A stretch of 64,000 nt of DNA from Trichinella spiralis (taxonomy: Eukaryota), in contig NW_003526944.1 in NCBI RefSeq assembly GCF_000181795.1, forward strand, positions 2,407,434 to 2,471,433, read 5' to 3'. The notes beneath the pieces are model-generated. The model saw only the letters and a list, made by a program, of their open reading frames with translations, was not told the origin of the DNA and did no database searches. Positions 23,271 through 36,300 of the stretch are shown here, piece after piece. Position 1 is the first letter of the stretch, and each line of letters starts with the position of its first letter. The translations under genes were made by a program, and so were the position numbers.

Positions 23271-26200
23271 TCATGCAACAAAATATGCCATTTGTAGTTT
23301 TCTAAATGGCATGAAGTTTGAAGAAATTTCAGAAGCTTCTGAAAAATGTACGAAAGTAAAGTCGGCAAAATGGATCCGTAACTTCAGAACAAGGAATTGG
23401 CTCTAAGGGCTGCGTCGATCGAGCTGAGGTTTCAAGCGTATGCTGCAATGTATGCTTGGCAGAGCTGATTTGAGGACTACTTTATCGCTTGTTATCGTTT
23501 GTTGAATCAATGGATTATATCATGTGATCACGTCTGCCTCAAAATCAACTCAGCAAAATACCCGAATCTAAAAAAACGCATTACAAATAATCAAAAATAC
23601 TTTTCAGAATTATTACGATGAGCGACTGAACATTTTCACTTACTTTTTACAATATGGCTGTTAAATAATGCTTGATCTAAACGTGATGTGACGTGAATTT
23701 CTGAAAGTGAATTTTATTAGTGTAGTCATTTCAAAATGAAAAACAGTAATGCGCACTTGTCTGTAATTAGCTTGTGAAGTAGCTGAAATTTAGGAAAAAT
23801 AATAGAGTTAGAGACACCCTTCACTTTCCATTCACCATATTAGTAGAGTAATACAAATGACATGCATGACATAACACCATCACAATGCATAATATAACTT
23901 ACCGCTTATTCACAGATAGCACTGAAGAGCGGAATTACAGTTGAGCCCCTGCGTGCTGCAATAACAGTGAACTGAATAACTGAATGTATACAAAGTACTC
24001 TGATTAAACACATAACGCTAAGTAAACTATGCAAATATTAAATCGACTTTGCCTGCGTTGAAAGAACCTAATTTTCATGCAGGAATAGCACACTAAAATG
24101 AATATTGCGAACAATTTTATTTAATAACATGATGAAATTTATTACGGTTTTATTTACACACTGCATATTACTAAGTAAAACGGCATTATCATGCAAATTT
24201 ATTTTGCTAAAATTAGATGAAACGAACACTTATTAACCTGAAGCATTGCAAATTACTAAAAATAACTAGAAATGCTATTATTGCGTTGACTGAATTTAGC
24301 TGCTTGAACGTAAAAGGACAGGAACAAATAAAATGTATTACTCGAATAATATTTGCCCTATAATCTAACATACAAGGATAATAATTAAATAATTTTTACT
24401 GAAATTAGTATAATGATTAAAATAAATTTTCAGATTTACAAAACATTGAAAAACATTAATGAAATTTTATGGTAATCATTGTTTGCAATAGTACTGCTTT
24501 GTTTAAATTTAGCTGTTTCAAAGTAAGACATGATACAATAAATCACACTGGAGAAATAATGTTTCTTTTATAATAAAAGATATATAAATAATAAATAAAT
24601 GGCTTCTACTGAAAACAGTTTAGAGAATAAAATAAAATTTGAGATTTATAAAACATTAAATAGCATTAATGAAATTTTATGGTAAACATTACCACAGAAA
24701 TTATTATTAAATGCTAATTCTAAACATAGCAAGCAGATTTAAATGTTCAAAGAAGTATACATTTTTTGGTTCGATGAATTAATAACAGCTGTAACAGATG
24801 ACAATCAAAAATTAGTTACAAGTAGTAATGCATATGTAAAAACTAAAAAAGAATAAATAATACAACCATCTACACAATTATAAAACAAATTTATGTTCTA
24901 TAATCATCTATAGATAACAATGCCCATGAAAAGAAAAAACTATGAAATACTCAGTCATTACACCGCAATCATTTCCTAGAATAACGTATGAGCTGTATAT
25001 TTTGGTAAAATAAATTGGCACATACAATTGTTAAATTTACAGATTTTCATATTGTGATTCATATAGTGCAGTTTAACACGTTGGAGCTGGAAAATGGACA
25101 GAGTCACATATAGAAGGAATGAATTCATTCACAGATAGAAACGGAAATCTTGATTGCAAGTGATATTTCAACGTTTGTAAAGAAATGTTCTCATTGCCGG
25201 ACTGAAAACTGGAAAGGAAGAATTTGAATAGTTGAGAACGCTAAAGGATAGCAGCAGCTGTTTGCGCACATGTAAAAAATAAATGCAGGAGTGTTTCAGT
25301 TACTTCGTCATCTCAGAAAAATGGAGGCAACCTCAAGAGCTGGTGACATTCAACACTTAGTACGATCAGTATGCATTTCCAATAGATGATATTCAGAGAA
25401 AACAACAGTAATATTCATCCCAAGCCCCCATGAGTAAGCGCTCTCTGCTCAACGGAAGAGCATAATTCATATTCTACTTGGTGCCTTCTACAGCAGAGTA
25501 ATAAATCGCGTTTATTGGGGGAGAGAGAGACAGACAATAAAGGATGCGGGAAAGGAATAAGGGAGAAGTGGTGCGATGGAGGAAGTGAGGTTGTTGAAAA
25601 TAAATGGTTTTCATTCATCCAACCTTCACGTTTTATAATCAAGGGTTGGCTTCAATTTATCAATAAACTCAATAACTGGGGAGCTAAAGTCAGGTCCTAA
25701 ATGATAGAAAGCATACAGTTTTATTTGTGCTAGCTTGATTCAATGTTCATTTTCAAGGGTGATGCAAATGATAGTACAGATTATAGTTTGCATATTCGAG
25801 GGTGGAAATGCCTGCTGAAGCGCACAAAAACAAAAGCTTTGATCAACAATATAGAAACTATTGGGGTATCAGTCAGGTCTGTGACAACAGCAGTTTGTAT
25901 AACAGGGAGTATAACAAACAACGTGGTAAAGATCCCATTGTTCCTTCAATACGATGATACACTAGCCCTTGTGAGAACTATGAAGAATAAGCTTTATATC
26001 GTGATTCAGTGACTTCATGAATATTATCTATCATTGATAAGTCTGTCGTTGCAGAGTAATGCAGAATCGCACGAAAATCCTAGAAGCATGAAGATAAAAA
26101 AGAACTCCCTTTCTACCTATGCATTTCATTTCAAGAAGTCCCTGTAGTGTGAGTTAAACGTAAATTATGCACCATATTATGATATAATACATTTCATTCA

Positions 26201-27523
26201 AAAAATAACTTGAAAGATCTCTAAAAATGTAGCTGAACCAGTTATTTCAATTTATGAATGAAAATTTCCGGAAAATACTCTATTCAATTATCAGTCTCTG
26301 AAAAATACATTTGCAAGATAGCTCATTATTTAATAAGTTGCTGCTTTGCCTCTGGAAGCTAACCTAATTTTCCATCAGTAACTAAGCTTATTGACATAAA
26401 CGCAGAGCTGAATTTTATTAAATATTGAACGGTGTTACATTTTTATTTACACACTTCATAATATGACTTACGCTAACATGAAAACGCACTAGTATGCAAA
26501 TTTATTTGTACTAAAATCCCTTGAATACCTGTTAAGCTGAAATCATGAAAACAACAGGAACATCTAACTTTCATTGCACCGTACAATTTCACATGGATAA
26601 TATTAATCTGACCAAAAATAATTAAATGAAAAATACAAAAAACAAGGAAAATTTTCCTCATAAATAAAAAAACCCAATGGGCATTGTTTGCGAAGAGACT
26701 TGGTTAAAATTCACAAAATGCAGAATTTTCAAAAACATCGAGATGATACATTTACAAGAAAACAATGTATTTTTCCAAATTATAAAACTTAATTAAATTT
26801 TGATTTGGATTTGTTGCTAATTCTAACTTCAATAAGTCATATGCTTCAGCACAAACAAAAGCACTTTTGATGTTATTTTTTTGCTTTAAAACGTATTATA
26901 AACTGAGAATCTTTCCATTATATTTACTTCACCCGGTTTTCTTTAATTTCTCAGTTGTCACTAATGTAAATTCAAAAAATGATCTAATGAAATTTCGACT
27001 GTATCATGAACATCATTACAGATGAGGAAATTGTAGTTTGAAATTGCAAATTTAAAATGTAGCAAGAGTTGGAAATATTTTATATTGTGCGTTTAAGAGA
27101 GAAAGAAAGAAAACTAAACAGTAAATATGTAAAGCGTCTTACCTGATAGCAAACACGTTGGTAGGATGAAGGAGAGGTAGGGCTTTTATAATTTGAAATT
27201 TATGCTAGTATTTGTTGAAGTGATGCACCATGAATGAGGAAATTCCGCACCGCTGTAGAGAGGACGCTCTTCATTAGTGAATGCTCATATAATAATCGCC
27301 TACAAATAATACACTATACTTTACATATAACGAATCGCTTTAGGATTTGAATGGCGCAAAGTACTTTCACCAAATTGCGGACGGCATAGTTCAGCATCAA
27401 ATTATTATAGACTTTGTTTGCAGACCTGTAAATGCATATACATATATTTGCATAGGGTGAATATGAACACTAAGCTGGGACGGCGCTCCAAGACTAGGTG
27501 TTATTATCCGGTTAGACTCTAGT
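23271..27523 (-). repeat. Right arm of the ~4.2-kb inverted repeat
   Basis: Reverse complement of 13701-17926, with scattered substitutions and arm-specific indels. Confidence 0.97.
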
Positions 27524-27539
27524 CTTGATCATCTCACAT

Positions 27540-28866
27540 ATGCAATTCATTTATTTCGTTGTGCTTTATATATTTCATTTTACTTTTAATTCTTCGATTG
27601 AAATCGTGTCGAGTAATACTTCGTTCAATACCACTTGCACAATAGATGGAATCAAATCAATAATACAATACCAAGTTCTGAAGTTATTCAAAATAAATAA
27701 AACACAATAAATGGAAAGAAAATTGAAAAAAAATAATTTACCTGATGTTCAACCAACCGGGTTGTCCAACCCTCAATCGTGAAAGCACATCACTGGCTAG
27801 TTCCAAATCCAGCGGGACGTTTTTCAGCAGTTGGGGTAGATCTTCTGGATCAAACATGTTGCGAACAAGATCAATTGCACTGGAAAAGTACCACGTTTTG
27901 AAAAATGGATCCCCAGGTCGAAGGCACGTCTGAAAATCTTCTTGTGTTACAGAAAAGTCTGATTTGGAAAAGGAAAAATCATTACAGTCGTTGAATAATA
28001 CTGGGAAAGTCGGTGAAGCAACAGAAACGACATGTCAAATAAATCGTGACTAGGAGGCACGGATTTCTGTGCATCTTCACCCACTGGTACAACTTCTTTG
28101 TAAGTTTCAGTGATTCTAAACAAATTTTATTTTTTACAAGTGAAAAATGACAATCAAAATAACAAACTTGATCAATCGTTCGGCAAGCAAATTTAATTGG
28201 TCAATTGAAATTGCAGCCGCGCAGATGTAAAGCAACGATTTTCCAGACATCATGGTATTCAACATTTGTGGCCATCGTTCTAGAGCTTGATGAGCATCAA
28301 AAGCCTGTGAATAACCTTTTCTTTAAAATACGTCCCTTATGGACTCTAATTTAAAAGAAAAATTACCTTAACAATTGATTGAAGCGTAAATTCAGCTCTC
28401 AGAACCAAGTTAATAGTTGGTTGACCTTCTTGAATGTAAAGCTCTTTCCGCATCTCATCTCTGAATTTCGTATGTTCAATTGATTGGTGATTTAATATTT
28501 AAGAAAACAATAAACCTTATTGCCATCAAAGTATCCTGTTTTGTGTTTTAATGAATAATTTGTAATAATTATCGAAAAAAAACGCTTGCAGTACACTGGA
28601 ACTGAATTATTTCATAACACTATAAAATTACATTTCATACTGAAAATTAATAATTCAAAAAATATTTGTATTTTTCAATTATTATGAATATCTGACAATC
28701 AACCTAAGGAATAATATGGTGGAACTGTCTCAACAGTATACAATATTAAATAATAGCAATGTTTGAAGTCTTATGATTAATTGAAAGAGGCAAACTCACC
28801 CTTAAGTACAGATATGAACTGGAAATTGAAAATGGTGAAGTTGTGGAATCATCATGCTACTGAAGT
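27540..28866 (-). pseudogene. Inverted, intron-containing partial copy of MED24 (corresponds to ~11400-10413 and ~10130-9805)
   Basis: ORFs 27525-27710 and 27745-27933 mirror 11238-11483 and 11015-11203; introns retained; ~280-bp internal deletion at ~28535; lacks the gene's 5' and 3' ends. Confidence 0.92.
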
Positions 28867-30219
28867 ATAATAGTTTCTCTTTCAACCTGTTTTTCCTAAA
28901 AATAAAATATTATAAATGAATAAAACATGTGCATGAAATTTTGTTTGCTCAAGGTAATGTAAATTCGTCATAGCACATGTTTACCAGAAAGCGCATGCAA
29001 ATTTTCATTCGCCTGCCATGCTTTTCGTATAGAAATTTGCATGTAATTTCTCTCTTCAACAAGTATGATGCTTAGTTTTCATTCCAAACATAATTTTATC
29101 GACCGTTAACCTGAAATCATTCTGAACGACATTTTTTCAGATACAACATTGAAATATTAATCATTTTAATAAATATTTCCCACTATTATTTGTAATTTGT
29201 TTGCTTAAATAAATTTGCCAGTTATTTCAAACGATTCCTTCTTCTGTAACATACAAAGCAATTTCATGTTTCTGAAAAGCTATCCACATATGTACATATC
29301 TAGTTAACTAACAGAACATTGTCAATAGGAATGTCAACCTGAGTCTAATGTGACAATTTAAATAATCTGTTAAGAATTATTTATTCATTTATAGTACTGG
29401 GGTTGATTTTGTTGGATCATGTAATCCATGTAACTGTCATGGATCATTTTTCTCACATTCCTCTCACTGGCTAGACCCAGCTATTTTATCATTTGATTAT
29501 TGCAAAAATCACATTTTAGCTGTGCAAATCATCTGCTGAAAATTAAGAAAATGTTTTTCTAACTGCAATTACAATAATTGAAATTCAATCAGTACTCTGT
29601 TCACAAAAGAATACTACAATCATCTACTCTACTAGAATTCAATACTGGAATTAATAAGGGAAAGAATTTCAATTAAATATAATTAATTGATTTATTTTTG
29701 TGAAGAGTTTTCAGTTGTAAACTCCATTTTCATCAGTTTCCAAATCGACCTGTTCAAAATTGTTGCACAGTTCAAACAAATTCCATACGCATATGCATAT
29801 AATTGGAACAATTTATAATTTATATGACCTGTGGTCGCGGTCAACCTTCAGCTAATTTTAAATGCACAAAACTGCCTGCCCGTCTGTCATTCTATTCTTC
29901 TATTCTTGAGAAAGAAGCAAACTTCGCTTCTCATTCACAGATAAAATCCAACTAGTACAGATTTAATGAAAAGTTGAAAATTAAGTACACATCTAGTTGA
30001 AATTGTACAGACACCCAGATGCGAATAAAGTGAATGGTTTAATTTTGTTTTTGGAAAATGAACTACAGTTATTCTTGTTGTTGTTGTTGACCTTGCCCAA
30101 TGTCCGAAATACAGTTGTTGGCCAGTGACCTCATGTTGTTGACTATAATTGGAAAAGAGCATTCAGTTTTGCACTTTGTGTATTTCTCCGTATTTCATTC
30201 TGAATTGATAATCTTGAAG

Positions 30220-32522
30220 ATGCGATCCAAAGGTGGACAGTCGGTAAAAAGAAGCTTAACCATACCCAGAATAACAACACTGACCAGAGGCTCTTGGTCG
30301 AAACTGTATGCGTTGAGTATAAGAAAAGCGGCCACTTCAGACGAAAGTGTCACGTCAAAATGTGCAGTGTCAGAAAAAAAGCAAGAAAAAGATGAAAGTG
30401 CAACAAGTTCGAACATCTCGGATCAACTGAATGCGATGGTGAAAGAGGACAACACTGCTGCACCGGATGTTGATGTTGATGTTGAAATAGCTCAAATGGT
30501 GGGAATACTGAAAAAAAAATCTCACCTCATAGGTCCACAGCTTTGGAACAAACGGTTAGCACAAAAAAGTGCTTTTTATTTTCGATAAAAAAAAATTTTC
30601 TTGAATTTCAATTTCCAACTTGAATCAACCAACTAACTAACTGAATATAATTGCAGCTTTTTTCTACTCAAAGATGGCTATTTGTTCTACTATCCAGTTG
30701 TGGAAAAGCACAAGTTCAAGCGCAACAAACGACTCAATCTTCATCCAAAAGTAATTTCTTTAAAATTCTTGATTTTTGCCAAATTATACGTATAAAACAT
30801 CGGATTTCAAAATGTAGGGAATTTTATCCTTAGAAAGATGTCAAGTCGATCTGTGCGGAGACGATGGCGAAGTTCACTGCATTTCAATAAACAGAGATGA
30901 TTTTCTTGTATGTTGGATTGTTTTTTGTAATTCATACAGAACATACAACATTGGTTTTGTTTTTTCCATCACAGCAACCAGTTCTGTTAGCTTGCAACGG
31001 TGAGTCGAATCAACAGCGGTGGCTTGCAGCGTTGCGTGAAGCATGCTTCGTGTAAATTCGTGAGACTGCGTTGTGCTGGTGTAATGGTTATTCAGAAAAC
31101 CGCTAATTAACCGATTGTCGATTTTCAGTTCAACGTCGAATTACAGAAAACAGTCGGAAAAGTTGAAAATGTTGGAAGAAAATTTGGTAAAAGTAAAGAA
31201 AGAAAAGCAACATTTCATGGGTAATAAAAGTGAAATGCATATGAATATATGCAAATGTAGCAACAAAGAGCAACAAAGCAATATTTATACCCCTTTTGAT
31301 AAAATGAAATAATTACCAAAATCTGCATTTCACAGATCTGTTAAACGTAGAAGTGATGGCTGTACGAGCGGAATCGGAAAAAAGCAAAGCTCTGCTAAGC
31401 CAAAGTGACAGCTTGGAGCAAGAGAAATGCAAGCTGGAAAAAATTATCGCCCAACTACGAGATGAACTCATACAAGTTCGAGAGTAAGCAGTGAATGAAA
31501 TGCAGTTCGCGAAACAAAATAAATAATTATTCAAATTGCAGAGAACTCAGCAAAAATTACGAAGAAACTCATCAACTACTGGAAGAGAAATTTCACATCT
31601 CCATAAAAAGCCAAAAAGTAGAAGCGCAGAACAAAGTAAAATGCAAATTCTCCAATGTACTTATTATTATAATTATTTTTTTTTTCTTTTTTTTTCTTGA
31701 ATAAAATAGGAAATGCGAAATCAGAAACAACTGCTCGAAGAAAGCATCCGTATTAAAGTATCTGAAAATGATGCGCTTGTCGAAGAAATCAGCCGACTGA
31801 CCATTCGCAAAGGGGAATTGGAAAATGATCTGAAAAGAGCCAACTGGACAATCAATCAGCTTCAGAATGCGAAAATCGACCTTGAAACAAAGTAGAAAAT
31901 GCACAATGGACACAAAAAACAATATCTAACATTTGAAAATTTTTTCAGGTTGAAGAAGCTTTCAGAAAGCAAAGATCGACTGGAAAATGAACGACGCTAT
32001 TTCGTCGGTCAAACAAGGAAAATGGTAGTCGGCGTCGACACGTTGACCAGAGAAAATTCATTCCTCAGTCAAGAATTGCAGGTTGAAAAAATTTGTTTAA
32101 ATTCTACTCTGTAAAAAAAAGTGAAAAATTTGAATAATCTCAAGGAACGCCATGGTCAGTGGCTACGCGCTGAGAAGCATCTGCGAGAGGCGCAAAATGC
32201 GTGGTGTCGCATTGAACGCAAACTGACTTGGGATCGAAGCCAACTGACGGCTAAACTTGTCCAAGAAACACTCAGAGATGCTCAAATTATTAGCAGTTAA
32301 GAGAATTGTTTTTTTGCTTTTTTAAAAATCAAAGAAAAGAATATTTTTCTAAACTATGCTTACTTTGATGCAGATTACTTCAGTGAACAAATGGAAACTG
32401 CCCAGAGCAGCAGGCTGGACGAGAACTGCAACAGAGTGTCGTCCAGTGATCATCACAAGCAGAACATAATAATACACGGTCGACCGAGGGAAAAGGCGAA
32501 AAGTTTCATCTGCAATGATTAA
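30220..32522 (+). CDS. PLEKHD1: PH-domain plus coiled-coil protein, PLEKHD1-like (start uncertain)
   Basis: GILKKKSHLIGPQLWNKR/FFLLKDGYLFYY...LNLHPK/GILSLERC...QPVLLACNGESNQQRWLAALREA matches the PLEKHD1 PH domain (SRRFFIIKESFLLYY, FNIHPKGVIPLGGC); followed by a coiled coil and RAEKHLREAQNA. Confidence 0.8.
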
Positions 32523-33384
32523 TTTAAAATTACAAAGCCAACAAACTGTAAACATATATATATTTTTAGCGGTTTTCTTCGCCAAAGAAGTGAAATTAAA
32601 AAAAATAAAACAACATATCCGCTTAAGCGTGTATTATTTTAATTTTCCCAATCCGCTCGAAAATGGTTCATTGATTGAATAGTTTTTCAAACGTCAACAA
32701 GTGTTTCGCAATGGCATGCAGTAGAAGTGAGGAAAAAAAAATAGAAGATCGAACAGTATATACAGCAAATTGAAACCATTTCAAAAGACAAAAATATACA
32801 TTAAAACGATAAAAGATGATGAAAATTGTAAAATCACGATGAATAAAGAATTTTTTCTCTTTTTTTATAAAAAACCACTCACGAATACAGTGTGTGCTTG
32901 TGTAATTATTGTACAAGTGTGACGACTGGCTGACTACAAGTGTTCAGAGCATAGCGGACAATTTTGGTCCCCACAACAAAACAGTTGATAAATCAGGACG
33001 TCGTCACTGTCCCGAAAAACGACAAGCTGAGAAGAGAAGTGTAAGTAAAAAACACTAAGTAGCTGCTTGCAATAAAAAAGGAAAAAAAACTGATTTAAGT
33101 AAAAAAATAGAAAAGTAAAAAAATGTAAAAACCAATAAAAGAGAAAGATTTGGTTTTTCTTCCCTTTTCCTGCACTGCACCACAGCTTTGAAATACCATA
33201 ATACAGTAAGCATGAATAATCGGTGAGTTGAAAAATAAATGGCGGTGGCTTGGGTTTTGATCAAGTTTTCGAGGGATTTTTTTGTTTGAAAAAGTACAGC
33301 AACAAAGTAGAAACTATAAAACTACTGCAAATAAAAATATTCCAATAAAAAGCTTCTGTTTCCCACAAACAGCTTCTGATAGGT

Positions 33385-36300
33385 TCAACGGAAACGCGTG
33401 TAGCGCATTCCATCCTGCTCGGAAACAGCAGTACCAGAAGCAGCAGCAGCAGTAGCAGGTTCGCGGACTGCTTCAAGTTCGGCTCGATCCCAGCCCGTAG
33501 TTGGATTTTCAGCCGGCGTTTCTGTGGAATATCCGTTGCCTGGCAAAACTCGAACCTAAAAGAAAAGAAATAAGCAAGAAAAAGCGTTGTTGTTGTTGTT
33601 GTTGTATTTTTGTGAGAATACAGTACTTCTGCAAGTAGAATTTGATCTTACCTGCCCTTCCCGTTCGTATCCTGGATTTTCAAACGCCACAGAACCAGCA
33701 TTTGCACCGCTTGTTGGTCGCTTTTTCAACTTAAGCAAAAACGTTGGCAAGAGGTAAGGCCGGCGGGTGAAATATACAGCCGAAAGTATCACAGCGAACA
33801 GTAAGAATAGAACGAAGAAAACGATGAACAAAACTCCAGCCGAAGACAAGTGATTTGCATCACTCGAAGCTGAAAAAGCAAAAGTAAAAGAAATAAACAA
33901 GAAAATGAGAGAAAGAGAAAACAAAAATACAAACTGCACATACCGATGTAATCCCAGCGATCCGCACTTGGAAAATGATAACTAACAGTTGGTGAAAAGG
34001 AAGAAAACCCGTTGTGGTTAGCTGCAATAACGCTGATCGCATACATCGAAGACACGTTCAAGTTCGACAATATTGCAAACGGCTGTTCAGTTCGAACCTG
34101 AAAAAAAACAGACATACAGACAGTGCTTAAAAAATAAACTTATTTACAAAATTCAAAAAATAATAAGCAAACCTTTGAAAAATGCTCCGCACCAACTTGC
34201 TGGTAATAAACAATGTAAGTGGTGGCCATTTTGTAATTTTTCGGTGCTGCCAACCAGGAGACGTTCAACGAAACTCCAGATCCAGGTACAGGATCGACGC
34301 GAACATTGGTCGGCGGAGCCGGCATTGCACCTAAGTTGAGCAGAACAACGTAAACACATAGAAACAGAAACCAACTCAAGAGAAACAAACAACTCACGAT
34401 GACCCTCCTGTACGCAGTATAAGATCTCGGATGTATATTTGAGACAGTCGAGATGCGGTGGCACTTCTTCCGATTGATGACAATAAGCCAAACATTTGTT
34501 CGGCACTTCGGCTGCGAAACAACACGATCTATGATCCATTCCATCTGGAAGAATCAATCAATCATTCCTTGTTGCCTGATTGCATCAACTTCAAAATCAA
34601 ACATACCTTTCGCGCATTGAAGCAGTTTTGGAAATTCGTTCATGCAGTGGGGATTTTTCACGTAAACCGAAACGTCAATGTCGACAGTGCAAGCCGACAA
34701 GCATTCTTCTTGAACATGCTTTTCTTGGCAACAGCCTGATACAAAAAAAATGATAACAAAATTACATCACTGATGAAATAAATAAAAATCAACTTACTCA
34801 ACAGTGTCTTCGGTTCAGACGGCATGACCAATGTTTCCACTGAAAAAATAGAATTATGTTTTTTCACAACATGAAAAAAAAGAAATTAAAATTTAACAAT
34901 TTTACCAATTAAATAAGCAGTCGCTTTGGCGCAGTCAATCTCATTGCAAGCCAAACACGAATAAAAGCCAGAATCGGATTCACTAACTTTGCTGATCTGA
35001 AAATGTGCAATTTTTTTAAATTAAATAATAGATATATATTTTTTTTTTAATTTTCACCAATTTACCAATAACGAAACGTTGAAACTGAACGGCGAGTCAC
35101 TGTTGTCAGTGATGTAGGCGTAACGACCGCTCTCCGGCAGTACAATTGTCCTTTCAGAAGAGTTGTGCTCATGAACCCACTGGATCGTCATCATCGGATA
35201 TGACCGCACGTGACAATTGAGCTGGGCATTGGCACCGGCGTACACGACCACCGGGTAGATGCTGGTGCTGACTACTGGTGAGACTGAAATAATAATAATA
35301 ATATTCAAGAATGCAGCTTATTTTTTCTCTTGCAAAAATCAAAAATACGCATCAATCAAATATAGACGAGAAATTCTTACATCGAACAGGCAAGAAATGC
35401 CGCTTTTGCACAGTTTCTCCGAAAACACTCTCTCCAATGCACAGCAACGATTTCAACGCGTCCGAACTGCTAGCCGAATCGATCGTATACGTAGCCTTGT
35501 CTCGTCCGTATGCCTATATCAAAATTCAAAAAATACATATAATCAAATCAAAGTTAAAATATATATATATATATAAATGTCATTGAATAAAAAAATCACT
35601 TACGACAACTTCGTCACCCGCTTTCATCGTCAAATTGTATACCCATCCACTGCGCACAACGCAGCTGACAACAATTGAACTCCCAATTTGGAATGGAGGC
35701 CGCGGTACTGTAACGAATGCTAATTCCGTGGCTTCTTTACCTTAAGAATAATAATCATTTTTCAATATTTTTCGTCAGAAAAAAAGCCATCTCCTAACCT
35801 TGCCATGTGGAAAATTCGACCGTTTCCGATGGAAAACTGTTTATACCTCGTGCCGTATCATAAGCAGTAATATAGACAACGTACACCGAATGTGGTTCCA
35901 AATCTTTCAATACAACAGAAGAATCGTTCGTTTCAACCTAAGAATATATCAAATAATAATAACAGTTTGCAGCACTAGTCATAACAACAATATCATTTAT
36001 TATTTTTTACCTGATTCCAATTTTTCGCATCCGACTTTTTGTACATCACTTTGAAAACGTGAGATTTAATGGTATTGCCCAAATAGGACAGGCCGGACCA
36101 CTGCCAAGTAATATTGGCAGAGCCTTCATGATACCAAACTTTGTTAATAGAATGAGGTGAAAGTGGTCTATCATCGGAAACTGAAAAGCGAAATAATAAT
36201 AAGTTTGTTAGTTGTACTACACAAAAATTTGTACAAAGAACAAAAAAAGCACAAATAATATTTACGTTTCCCACTGTCGCTAGATTCAGTTGTGAACGTG

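Noticed and set aside
13701..27523. Giant TIR transposon (Maverick/Polinton or Pack-MULE) with 4.2-kb terminal repeats
   Set aside because: Flanks (tttgctcaaa vs cttgatcatc) show no target-site duplication. No transposase, integrase or polB motifs were seen, and the mirror symmetry extends outward into MED24.
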